Source: an uncultured Desulfobacterales bacterium
GTDB lineage: Bacteria > Desulfobacterota > Desulfobacteria > Desulfobacterales > JAFDDL01
Length of the DNA: 64,000 nt
Direction of reading: 5' to 3'
Assembly: GCA_964407825.1 (NCBI GenBank)
Contig: CAYOXD010000004.1
Location: forward strand, 2,784-66,783
Positions 39,039 through 48,035 of the stretch are shown here, piece after piece (positions within the stretch are counted from its first letter, which is position 1; each line of letters starts with the position of its first letter). The notes below the pieces were generated by a model. That model did no database searches. It was not told where the DNA came from and saw only the letters and a program-made list of their open reading frames with translations. A program made the translations under genes and the position numbers.

Positions 39039-39247
39039 CTGAACAGCACATAGACCCCGAGGATCTGAAATGGCGTTGCTCCAAGTGTGGGGAAAAACTC
39101 GTCGCCGCACCGGCCGTCGTGGAATATATGGGAAACCGCTTCACCAACGATCTTCCCCAATGCCCAAAATGCGGATGGGTTCTCGTAACCGAGAAGATCG
39201 CCAAAGGCAGGATGGGGGAGGTGGAGCGCATTCTTGAAGACAAGTAG
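39035..39247 (+). CDS. 70-aa four-cysteine zinc-ribbon protein (DVU1557-like redox protein, from memory)
   Basis: MTEQHIDPEDLKWRCSKCGEKL...LPQCPKCGWVL. The ATGA overlap with the upstream stop indicates translational coupling. Confidence 0.7.
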   Translation: MTEQHIDPEDLKWRCSKCGEKLVAAPAVVEYMGNRFTNDLPQCPKCGWVLVTEKIAKGRMGEVERILEDK

Positions 39248-39956
39248 CCTGGCGGCAGCATGGCCTGTGAATCTCTACGAATCCAAACGGCTCCAGGGGG
39301 TGACAGGCCCCGCCATCAGGCCCGGGGACCTGGCCCTGACGCAGCGCGCCCTGACGCTCCTGCCGCTGGCCGAAAAGGCCACGGTGCTCGATATCGGGTG
39401 CGGACTGGGCGCTACCGTGAGCTACCTCCGGGAAAAGGGCCTGAGCGCCATCGGGCTTGACCTGTCTACGGTGCTGCTGAGGGATGCCCGAGCCGCCGGA
39501 ACGCAGCCCCCCATGGCCCGGGCCGACGCCCACAGGCTGCCGATGAGGAATGAAAGCGTATCCGCCGTTTTTATGGAATGCACCCTCTCTCTCATGGCCC
39601 GCCCCGCCAGGGTTCTTGAGGAGTGCAGCCGGGTGCTTCGAAGTGAGGGGCACCTGGTGGTAACAGACATGTACTGGCGGGGAGAGGCCCCCCGGCTGAA
39701 GGCCGAACCCTCTGCCGGTTGCTGCATATTCGGAGCCGTTGAGCGCCAGGTGATGGAAAGACGGGCGAAGGATGCTGGATTTACCGTTACCCTTTGGGAG
39801 GACCACACGGCCCAGCTCAAGTACCTGGCCGCCAAGCTTGTATTCGAATACGGATCCTTAAAGGATTTCTGGGCCGCCTTTGGCATCTCGGAAGAGGAGA
39901 ATTGGTGCTGCGTCAAACCTGGGTATTGCCTGATGGTGGCTCGCAAGGACCTTTAA
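39234..39956 (+). CDS. Class I SAM-dependent methyltransferase
   Basis: VLDIGCGLGATVSYL...GLDLS motif I and post-I. TTG start with GGAG 7 nt upstream (alternative GTG at 39267). Confidence 0.8.
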   Translation: MKTSSLAAAWPVNLYESKRLQGVTGPAIRPGDLALTQRALTLLPLAEKATVLDIGCGLGATVSYLREKGLSAIGLDLSTVLLRDARAAGTQPPMARADAHRLPMRNESVSAVFMECTLSLMARPARVLEECSRVLRSEGHLVVTDMYWRGEAPRLKAEPSAGCCIFGAVERQVMERRAKDAGFTVTLWEDHTAQLKYLAAKLVFEYGSLKDFWAAFGISEEENWCCVKPGYCLMVARKDL

Positions 39957-40014
39957 CTGTGGGGTCAGCTATTAGCCATTAGCTAACAGCTGAAAACAAC
40001 GGATGTGTTGGTAG

Positions 40015-40449
40015 ATGGATGATACGAGCATAGAGATGATGCGGCTTGCCGCAAAGGGCTACTCCTGCAGCCAGATCCTTATCAGGATGGCCCTGGATGC
40101 CAGGGGAGAAGAAAATCCCGATCTGGTCCGGGCCATGGGGGGGCTGGCCTACGGCTGCGGCAGCGGGTGCGGCACCTGCGGCGTGCTGACCGGTGGAAGC
40201 TGCTTGATCGCGCTCTATTCGGCAAAGGGCAGCGATGAGGAAACGGCCTCCGAGCGATTCATGTTAATGCTAAATGAACTGACGGACTGGTTTTCACAGA
40301 CCTATGGCAACCAGTATGGCGGCATCACCTGTGACGTCATCGTGGGGGATGAGGGCCCCCGGAGTGCCATGGCCCGCTGCGGCCAGATGGTGGCGGAAAC
40401 CTATAACAAGACCATCGAGATCCTGATGGCAAACGATTTCGAGATATAG
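40015..40449 (+). CDS. C_GCAxxG_C_C family protein
   Basis: YSCSQ...GTCGVLTGG...ITCDVI...ARCGQMV reproduces the C-GCAxxG-C-C cysteine pattern. Confidence 0.8.
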   Translation: MDDTSIEMMRLAAKGYSCSQILIRMALDARGEENPDLVRAMGGLAYGCGSGCGTCGVLTGGSCLIALYSAKGSDEETASERFMLMLNELTDWFSQTYGNQYGGITCDVIVGDEGPRSAMARCGQMVAETYNKTIEILMANDFEI

Positions 40450-40460
40450 CTGCGAAGACA

Positions 40461-41831
40461 GTGGAGCCAGATGTTACACAGAGCCTCTGCCCGGTGTGCC
40501 TCGAGCGCATAGCGGCGCGGCGGATTCAGCGGGGTGATGCCACATACCTCCTTAAGACATGCCCCGCTCACGGGACCTACGAAACCTTGATATGGAAGGG
40601 TGCGCCCCCTTTTCATGATTGGAAGCGTCCCAAGAAACCGACCGGCCCCGGCGTCTCGAAAGAGACGCCGGGGAGAGGCTGCCCCTTTGATTGCGGGCTA
40701 TGCCCGGACCACCGGCAACGGTCCTGCACGGTGGTCATGGAAGTCACCCAGCGCTGCAACCTTCGCTGTCCGGTCTGCTATGCGGACTCGGGGGATACGG
40801 ACGGCGGGGATGAGGCCATCGAGAGTCTAATTACCCGAATCCGTCAGATACGCCAGAAGGCGGGCGACTGCCATATTCAGCTCTCCGGGGGAGAGCCCAC
40901 CGTCAGGGAGGACCTGCCGGAACTCGTCTCCGCCAGCCGGGAGGCCGGGTTCTCCTTTGTTCAAATCAATACCAACGGCATCCGTCTGGCGCGGAAATCC
41001 GCCTATGCCAAGACACTGAAGGCGGCAGGTCTCTCCTCGGTCTTTCTCCAGTTCGACGGCACCGACGATGGGGTCCATCGGCGCCTGCGGGGTCAGCCCC
41101 TGATGAAGGAAAAACTGGCAGCCATCGCCGCCTGTGAAGGGGCCGGCATCGGTGTTGTGCTCGTGTCCACCCTGGTGCCGGGGGTGAATACGAACCAGGT
41201 GGGAAAAATCCTGGAAACCGGCCTCTCCCATTCCCCCACGGTGCGGGGGGTGCATTTCCAACCCATTAGCTACTTCGGACGCTTTGGGGGCGAGCCCACC
41301 GAAGAGATGCGCCTGAGCCTGCCCCAACTGATGCGGCAGTTGGAGAGGCAAAGCGGCGGCAAGGTCAAGGTATCCCATTTCAAACCGCCGGGATGCGAAA
41401 ACCCCCGGTGCTCCTTCCATGCGAACTACGTGCTGACGGCGGCGTCCGCCCTGTTGCCCCTCTCAAGGGGAGGTTGCTGCGGGGAGCCCGAAACGGCGGA
41501 AACGGGCGCAAAGCGCGCCATTTCCTATGTCGCCAGGCAGTGGGCGGCCCCCCGGGTCACGGCGCCCGCGGCCACCGAGCCTCTCGGCAGCAGCTCCCCG
41601 GACGGCGCATGGCGGCTGGAGAGCTTCATCGATCGGGCAGCCACCCACACCTTTACCATCTCCGCCATGGCGTTCATGGACGCCTGGAACATCGATCTCG
41701 AAAGACTCAGGGATTGCTGCATCCATGTGGCATCGCCCCAGGGGAACCTGATTCCCTTTTGCGCCTATAACCTGACGGCAACAAACGGTCGGGGCCTCTA
41801 CAGAACCAAAACACCGCCTCCCGGAGCATAA
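40461..41831 (+). CDS. Radical SAM enzyme with an N-terminal zinc ribbon and a large C-terminal domain
   Basis: LCPVCLERI...CPAHG zinc ribbon; VTQRCNLRCPVCYA (CxxxCxxC); LSGGEPT. GTG start 11 nt after the upstream stop. Confidence 0.85.
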   Translation: MEPDVTQSLCPVCLERIAARRIQRGDATYLLKTCPAHGTYETLIWKGAPPFHDWKRPKKPTGPGVSKETPGRGCPFDCGLCPDHRQRSCTVVMEVTQRCNLRCPVCYADSGDTDGGDEAIESLITRIRQIRQKAGDCHIQLSGGEPTVREDLPELVSASREAGFSFVQINTNGIRLARKSAYAKTLKAAGLSSVFLQFDGTDDGVHRRLRGQPLMKEKLAAIAACEGAGIGVVLVSTLVPGVNTNQVGKILETGLSHSPTVRGVHFQPISYFGRFGGEPTEEMRLSLPQLMRQLERQSGGKVKVSHFKPPGCENPRCSFHANYVLTAASALLPLSRGGCCGEPETAETGAKRAISYVARQWAAPRVTAPAATEPLGSSSPDGAWRLESFIDRAATHTFTISAMAFMDAWNIDLERLRDCCIHVASPQGNLIPFCAYNLTATNGRGLYRTKTPPPGA

Positions 41832-41840
41832 GGAGATGCC

Positions 41841-43193
41841 GTGACCAGAACGCCCCTGGACAGCTGGATACGCGGAAAAATCGGCCTCCAGCCCGATTCT
41901 CCGTTGACCCGCTGGGCCCTGGATGCGTTCCAGCTCGAAAAGCTGCGGCAAATTCTGACCTATGTGCGGGAGAAAAGCCCCTTCTACCGGCGCCTCATGG
42001 CGGGTCTGCCGGAGCACGCCTTGACCTGCCTTTCCGATATGGCAATGCTTCCTTTTACCGCACCCGAGGACATTCGATCCGCCCCCCTGCAGTTCCTGTG
42101 TCTGTCCCAGGACGAGGTCGCACGGGTGGTAACCCTCCAAACCTCCGGCACCACCCGGGCACCCAAACGGATCTTTTTCACTGAGGAGGACCTGGAGCTC
42201 ACCATCGACTTCTACCACCACGGCATGTCCACCATGGTCTCGCCCGGTGACCGGGTGTTGATTCTCATGCCCGGGGAAACGCCCTTCAGCGTGGGAGACC
42301 TCCTGGTCCAGGGGCTGGCCCGAATGGGGGTCGAAGGCATCGTGCACGGGCCGGTTCATGACACGGAAGCGGCGCTGCGCACCATTCTGGACCGCCGGAT
42401 CGACTGCCTGGTGGGCATACCCATCCAGGTCTTTCATATGGCGAAGGACCTGCTGGCCGGAAAAATCTTCCCGGGCAGGCTGAAGAGTATCCTCCTCAGT
42501 GCCGATCACGTATCGGACGCGCTGGTGGAAGCCCTCACCCAAGCCTTTCGCTGCCCGGTTTACCAGCATTACGGGATGACGGAGACCGGCCTTGCCGGCG
42601 GGGTCGAGTGTGCGGCCTTGGCGGGCTATCACCCCAGGGAGGCGGATCTTTATTTCGAAATCATTGACCCGGATACCGCTCTGCCGGTAAAGGAAGGAGA
42701 GACGGGCGAGCTGGTCGTCACCACCCTGACCCAGCGGGCCATGCCGCTCATCCGCTACCGGACCGGGGATCTGGGCCGATTTATACCCGGCCCCTGCCCC
42801 TGCGGTACCATTTTGAAGCGCCTGGGCCGGGTTCAGGCCCGCAGAAAGGGCATCTTCCCTATAACGCCGGCCTTTTCCCTGTCCGTTCCCCAACTGGACA
42901 GCGCTCTTCTGGCCGTGCCGGCGGTGGTGAATTATGAGGCACGCCTTGACGAGAACCAGGGAAAGCCCCGACTGACCCTGTCGGCCTATGCGATCGATGG
43001 GGCCGGGGAACCCGTCCGCAGGCAGATCCTCAAAGCCCTGCGCCACATTCCGGGCCTGCGAGAAACGGCGGAGGCGGGCCATCTGGCCCTTGCGGTAAAC
43101 CTGGCGGCCGGGAAACCGCCGGTTTCCACCGGCCCCCAAAAACGCCGGATCATCGACCAGCGCAGCCAGACTCCCTACACCCTGAAACTTTAA
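41841..43193 (+). CDS. PaaK / coenzyme-F390-synthetase-like adenylate-forming enzyme
   Basis: LQTSGTTRAPKRIFFT (P-loop-like AMP motif), YGMTE, YRTGD. GTG start with a GGAG RBS. Confidence 0.8.
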   Translation: MTRTPLDSWIRGKIGLQPDSPLTRWALDAFQLEKLRQILTYVREKSPFYRRLMAGLPEHALTCLSDMAMLPFTAPEDIRSAPLQFLCLSQDEVARVVTLQTSGTTRAPKRIFFTEEDLELTIDFYHHGMSTMVSPGDRVLILMPGETPFSVGDLLVQGLARMGVEGIVHGPVHDTEAALRTILDRRIDCLVGIPIQVFHMAKDLLAGKIFPGRLKSILLSADHVSDALVEALTQAFRCPVYQHYGMTETGLAGGVECAALAGYHPREADLYFEIIDPDTALPVKEGETGELVVTTLTQRAMPLIRYRTGDLGRFIPGPCPCGTILKRLGRVQARRKGIFPITPAFSLSVPQLDSALLAVPAVVNYEARLDENQGKPRLTLSAYAIDGAGEPVRRQILKALRHIPGLRETAEAGHLALAVNLAAGKPPVSTGPQKRRIIDQRSQTPYTLKL

Positions 43194-43213
43194 CCAATGC
43201 AACAGGAAATCCC

Positions 43214-44266
43214 ATGAGAGAACTGACGTCCCATATATGTGACTGTATCGATAAAAGCGAAAGCATCGTTCTGGCCTCGATCATCAGCCGCTCCGGTTCG
43301 GCCCCCAGGACCGCCGGCACCCGCATGCTGATCGACCGGGAGGGCAAGGGAATCGGCACCATCGGCGGCGGGCTGCTGGAGGGGCGCAGCATGAATAAGG
43401 CCGTCGAGCTGTTCGAAACCGGGCACTCCTACCTGCTCCCCTTTGACCTGACCCACATGGACGTGGCTGCCATGGACATGATCTGCGGCGGAGAGGTGGA
43501 GGTGCTTCTGGACCTGGTGCTGCCCACCCCTGAAAACCGCAAGGTCTTCACGCGGTATCGGGCCGCCTTGGAAAACGGAGAAAAGGCGCTGCTCTTAACC
43601 GCCGCACGGCAAGGCGGTGGGCAGGGCGTTCAAACGGATCACTGCGTGATCACCAGGGACGGCGAGGTCACCGGCTCGGTTCACCTGTCCCCCGAGACCC
43701 TGGACGAACTGCTGTCCGGCAGCCAGGCCTTCTCCATCCAGCAGGTGATCACGCAACCGGAGGTCCTGCTCATCACCGCCCCCACCTCGCAGCCCAAGAC
43801 CGTATATCTTTTCGGTGGCGGACACGTGTCGCTTCCCACCGGATATTTTGCCTCCAGGGTGGGTTTCGACGTGGTGATTTTGGATGATCGGGAGGAATTC
43901 GCCAATTCCCGACGCTTCCCCTTTGCCAGGGAAGTCAGGCTCCTTCCCGACTTCCACAGCCCCTTTTCCGACCTGTCGCCAGTGGATGAAAACGCCTTCG
44001 TGGTTATCGTCACCCGGGGTCACCTTCATGACAAGACGGTTCTGGCCCAGGCCTTGAGGACCCGCGCCGCCTATATCGGCATGATCGGCAGCCGCACGAA
44101 GCGCAACAAGATCTATAGGGCCCTGTTGGATCAAGGATTTACCCAGGAGGATCTGGGCCGGGTGCACGCGCCCATCGGGATCGAGATCGAGGCCGAGACA
44201 CCTGAGGAAATCGCCATTTCCATCGTGGCGGAGCTGATCCATGAGCGAGCCAAGTTGACCCCATGA
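43214..44266 (+). CDS. XdhC/CoxI-family Moco insertion chaperone
   Basis: VLASIISRSGSAPRTAGTRMLI...IGTIGGG and a C-terminal Rossmann-like VYLFGGGHVS. Confidence 0.85.
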   Translation: MRELTSHICDCIDKSESIVLASIISRSGSAPRTAGTRMLIDREGKGIGTIGGGLLEGRSMNKAVELFETGHSYLLPFDLTHMDVAAMDMICGGEVEVLLDLVLPTPENRKVFTRYRAALENGEKALLLTAARQGGGQGVQTDHCVITRDGEVTGSVHLSPETLDELLSGSQAFSIQQVITQPEVLLITAPTSQPKTVYLFGGGHVSLPTGYFASRVGFDVVILDDREEFANSRRFPFAREVRLLPDFHSPFSDLSPVDENAFVVIVTRGHLHDKTVLAQALRTRAAYIGMIGSRTKRNKIYRALLDQGFTQEDLGRVHAPIGIEIEAETPEEIAISIVAELIHERAKLTP

Positions 44267-45393
44267 GCCTGGAAAACCTGTCCGCCATCATTCTGGCCGC
44301 CGGATTCAGTTCCCGGATGGGGAGGTTCAAGCCGCTGCTGCCCCTGGGAGACACCACCGTGGTGGAACGGACCATCGCGATCTTTCTGCAAAACAGGATT
44401 CCGGATATCCGCGTGGTGGTGGGGCATGACAGCGACAGACTGATTCCTGTTCTGCGCCCATACCCGGTCTCCATCGTCATGAATCCGGATTATCCGGAGG
44501 GCATGTTCTCGTCCGTCCGCGCGGGGGTCGGTTCCTTGGGACCGGCCGCGGCCGCATTTTTCCTCCTTCCGGTGGATGTGCCCCTGGTCCGGCCCTTTAC
44601 GGTCAAGAGGCTCCTGGACCAATACCGGTCAACCCCCGGTCGTATCCTCATCCCCTCCTTCAAGGGAAAATCCGGGCATCCGCCCCTGATTCCCGCCTCA
44701 TTAGCCGATACCATCGTCACCGCCGAGGGGGGCCATGGGTTGCGGGGCGTCCTGTCCTCCCACCGTCACCTGATCCACCGGGTGGAGGTGCCCGATGCGC
44801 ATATGCGCTTTGATCTGGACACCCCCAAGGACTATGCTGGGTTCCTCGCCCGCCTGGCCCGCTACGATATCCCCACACTCCGTGAAATCGAAATCATCAT
44901 GGAACATATCCATCCGGTATCCGAGAAAATCCGCCTGCATTGCCGGATGGTTTCGCAGATCGCCGACAGGATTTCCCGGGCCCTTGGCCGCAAGGGCATC
45001 CCCCTCAATCGCCGGCGCCTGCGGGCCGCCGCGCTGCTTCATGATCTTGCCAGGGGAGAAAAACATCATGCCCTTGTGGCGGCACGCTGGCTTGAAGAGA
45101 TGGGATTTTCTTCCCTGTGCGGGATGGTTGCCTCTCATATGGATCTTCAACCCGATGAGACAAACGGCATTACCGAAGCTGAAATCCTCTTCATTTCGGA
45201 CAAACTGGTCCTGGAAGATCGACCGGTATCCCTGGCCCAGAGGTACGAAGCGGCCCTGCGCCGTTATGCAGGCTCCCCAGGATCCGCCCAAAACATCGCC
45301 TTGCGCCTGGACAAGGCAGTCAAAATCAAGACCAGAATAGAGGGGGCCCTCGGCACCCCCCTGGAAGATTTCCTGGCCACCCAGCCCCCCTGA
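44263..45393 (+). CDS. MocA/MobA-like nucleotidyltransferase fused to a C-terminal HD domain
   Basis: LSAIILAAGFSSRMG.FKPLLPLG...LLPVDVP (MobA-like NTP transferase). C-terminal AALLHDLARGE...ASHMD (HD). ATGA overlap with xdhC. Confidence 0.8.
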   Translation: MSLENLSAIILAAGFSSRMGRFKPLLPLGDTTVVERTIAIFLQNRIPDIRVVVGHDSDRLIPVLRPYPVSIVMNPDYPEGMFSSVRAGVGSLGPAAAAFFLLPVDVPLVRPFTVKRLLDQYRSTPGRILIPSFKGKSGHPPLIPASLADTIVTAEGGHGLRGVLSSHRHLIHRVEVPDAHMRFDLDTPKDYAGFLARLARYDIPTLREIEIIMEHIHPVSEKIRLHCRMVSQIADRISRALGRKGIPLNRRRLRAAALLHDLARGEKHHALVAARWLEEMGFSSLCGMVASHMDLQPDETNGITEAEILFISDKLVLEDRPVSLAQRYEAALRRYAGSPGSAQNIALRLDKAVKIKTRIEGALGTPLEDFLATQPP

Positions 45394-45686
45394 ACGCTTC
45401 AGGCAATCCAAAAGTCCGCCTTGGTCCGCCCCCCCGCACTCCCCTGCCGTACCATCATCCTTTGATACCTGGCGCATCTCCGGTTATCGCCACGGGCCCC
45501 ATTGGGTACTGGGAGCAGAAAACCGTGGTGGGAGACATTCGATCGCCTTGAAAATATTCCAAAACGCGGTTGCATATCCGTCTCAAAAACGCTATAAGCA
45601 AGGCGGTACGTGGGACGTGGCGGCCAAATATTGTGAAATAATCCTTAAGATTCAAAGAAATACAGTTGTTCGCATCAAGGGGGAAG

Positions 45687-46568
45687 ATGAAAGGAATTGT
45701 GCTGGCAGGCGGCTCCGGGACCCGCCTGCATCCCATCACCCGGGTCGTGAGCAAGCAGCTGCTGCCGCTGTATGACAAACCGATGGTCTACTATCCGATC
45801 TCGGTGCTGATGCTGGCAGGAATTCGGGAAATACTCGTCATATCAACGCCTCATGACCTGCCGCTGTTTCGGACCCTGCTCGGGGACGGAAGCCGGTGGG
45901 GTCTTTCCCTTGAATACGCCGAACAACCCCGACCCGAGGGCCTCGCCCAGGCCTTTCTGATCGGAAGGGAATTCATCGGCAGCGATAAGGTCTGCATGAT
46001 TCTGGGGGACAACGTCTTCTACGGTCATGGACTTACGGAAACCCTCGTCCGCGTCTGCGACACCCACCGGAACGCCACCGTTTTCGGCTACTGGGTCAAG
46101 GACCCGGAGCGCTATGGGGTTGTGGAGTTCAATGACGCCGGGCAGGCCATCTCCATCGAAGAGAAACCCACCATCCCGAAATCCAATTACGCCATCACCG
46201 GTCTCTACTTTTACGACAATCAGGTGCTCGACATAGCGGCCCGTCTGAAACCATCGGCCCGCGGCGAGCTGGAAATAACGGATGTCAATCTGGCCTACCT
46301 GAACATGGGGCGTCTCCGGGTGGAAAAAATGGGCCGCGGTATCGCCTGGCTCGATACGGGCACCCACGAGTCGCTCATGCAGGCGGCCGACTTCATTCGG
46401 GTCATCGAAGAGCGCCAGGGCCTCAAGATCGCCTGTCCGGAGGAAATCGCCTTCCGAAAGGGATACATCGATGCGGCGAAGGTGGAAGAACTGGCGGCCC
46501 CCCTCCTGAAAAGCGGCTATGGGAAGTATTTGATGGATTTGCTCACCTATGAAAAGAAGAGGCCATGA
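45687..46568 (+). CDS. rfbA: Glucose-1-phosphate thymidylyltransferase
   Basis: [18 protein letters not shown]...SKQLLP.YDKPM. Confidence 0.9.
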   Translation: MKGIVLAGGSGTRLHPITRVVSKQLLPLYDKPMVYYPISVLMLAGIREILVISTPHDLPLFRTLLGDGSRWGLSLEYAEQPRPEGLAQAFLIGREFIGSDKVCMILGDNVFYGHGLTETLVRVCDTHRNATVFGYWVKDPERYGVVEFNDAGQAISIEEKPTIPKSNYAITGLYFYDNQVLDIAARLKPSARGELEITDVNLAYLNMGRLRVEKMGRGIAWLDTGTHESLMQAADFIRVIEERQGLKIACPEEIAFRKGYIDAAKVEELAAPLLKSGYGKYLMDLLTYEKKRP

Positions 46569-47122
46569 AAGTAATTACCACGCCCCTGCAAGGTCTTCTC
46601 ATCGTGGAACCGGACGTGTATGGTGATGAACGCGGGTACTTCACCGAATGCTATCACCGGGCACGATACCGGCACATCGGCATCGCTCACACCTTTGTCC
46701 AGGACAACCTCTCCCTGTCGGTCAAGCACACCTTGCGCGGATTGCACTATCAGATCCATCGTCCCCAGGCCAAACTGGTGCAGGTGATTCTGGGGGAGGT
46801 ATTCGATGCCGTGGTGGACCTGAGGCAGGGCTCGAGCACCTTCGGGAAATGGGAGGGTATCCACCTGTCCTCGGAAAACATGCGCCAGCTCTTCATTCCC
46901 GAAGGGTATGCCCACGGCTTTTGCGTCCTGAGCGAAAAGGCTATTTTCTCCTATAAATGCGCTGACTTCTATGCCCCTGACGACGAGGGGGGAGTGTGCT
47001 GGTCCGATCCGGACATCGGTATCCAGTGGCCCCTGAGCGACCCCATCATATCGGATAAGGACAGCCAATATCCGAACCTCAGGGATCTGTCCCCCGGGCA
47101 ACTGCCAAGAATCAGAGGCTGA
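46565..47122 (+). CDS. rfbC: dTDP-4-dehydrorhamnose 3,5-epimerase
   Basis: DERGYFTE...RGLHYQ...KLV.V..GEVFDVAVDLR-like motifs. Confidence 0.9.
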   Translation: MKVITTPLQGLLIVEPDVYGDERGYFTECYHRARYRHIGIAHTFVQDNLSLSVKHTLRGLHYQIHRPQAKLVQVILGEVFDAVVDLRQGSSTFGKWEGIHLSSENMRQLFIPEGYAHGFCVLSEKAIFSYKCADFYAPDDEGGVCWSDPDIGIQWPLSDPIISDKDSQYPNLRDLSPGQLPRIRG

Positions 47123-47125
47123 ACC

Positions 47126-48010
47126 ATGGGCATCCTGCTGGCGGGTGCAAAGGGTCAGGTGGGCTGGGAACTCACCCGGCAGGCCCGCCACGCCGGTCTT
47201 CCGCTCCTCCCCCTGGATCGCCATCAGCTGGACATCACCGATCGGGCGAATGTCGAAGCCCTGTTAGAGGCGGAATCCCCCCGCCTGCTGATCAATGCCG
47301 CGGCTTACACCCAGGTGGATCGCGCGGAGAAGGAGGAGGCCCAAGCCTTCCAGGTCAACTGCCACGGCCCCGGCCACCTGGCCGAGTGCTGCCGAAAGGC
47401 GCAAATCCCCCTGATCCACCTCTCCACGGATTATGTTTTCGACGGCACCAAGGGACAACCTTACACGGAAACCGATCCCGTCTCACCAACGGGTGCCTAC
47501 GGCCGGAGCAAGGCGGCGGGCGAGGAACGGGTCCGGCAGGCCCTGGCCTCCCACCTCATCGTCAGAACATCGTGGGTCTATGGCGTGCATGGCCGCAATT
47601 TCGTCAAAACCATGCTGGCCTTGGGAAGGACAAAAGAGAAGATAGCCGTGATCGCCGATCAGCAGGGGTGCCCCACCGCGGCGTCCGATATCGCAGGCGT
47701 GCTGCTGACGCTGGCCCGAAGCTTTCTGGAAAAGGGCTCCCTGCGCTGGGGGACCTATCATTACTGCGGCCATGGCATCACGAGCTGGCACGGGTTCGCC
47801 GAAACCATCTTCCATACCGCCCGCCGTTTCGGCTACCCGCACCGGCCCGTCATTTCAGCGATTTCCACTGCCCAATATCCCACTCTGGCCCGCAGACCCC
47901 CTTACTCGGCACTGGATTGTTCGAAAATTTCACGGCACTTGGGAATTCAACCGGTTCTCTGGCAGGACAGTCTGGAGGCGGTCGTGGAGGAACTCCTGCG
48001 GCGGCCATAG
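47126..48010 (+). CDS. rfbD: dTDP-4-dehydrorhamnose reductase
   Basis: GQVG.EL...NAAAYT.VD.AE...STDYVFDG...YG.SK. Confidence 0.9.
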   Translation: MGILLAGAKGQVGWELTRQARHAGLPLLPLDRHQLDITDRANVEALLEAESPRLLINAAAYTQVDRAEKEEAQAFQVNCHGPGHLAECCRKAQIPLIHLSTDYVFDGTKGQPYTETDPVSPTGAYGRSKAAGEERVRQALASHLIVRTSWVYGVHGRNFVKTMLALGRTKEKIAVIADQQGCPTAASDIAGVLLTLARSFLEKGSLRWGTYHYCGHGITSWHGFAETIFHTARRFGYPHRPVISAISTAQYPTLARRPPYSALDCSKISRHLGIQPVLWQDSLEAVVEELLRRP

Positions 48011-48035
48011 GCCACCCCCCATCAACTATTCATCC

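Noticed and set aside
41463-43202. 579-aa minus-strand ORF, plus similar long antisense ORFs at 21373-22449, 34183-35313, 35614-36726, 30147-31211 and 10622-11431
   Set aside because: These are typical stop-codon-poor antisense frames of high-GC genes. The opposite strand carries proteins with strong family motifs (radical SAM/ligase, SelA, Mop, helicase, PgpH). The antisense translations are low-complexity, rich in G/R/P/H.
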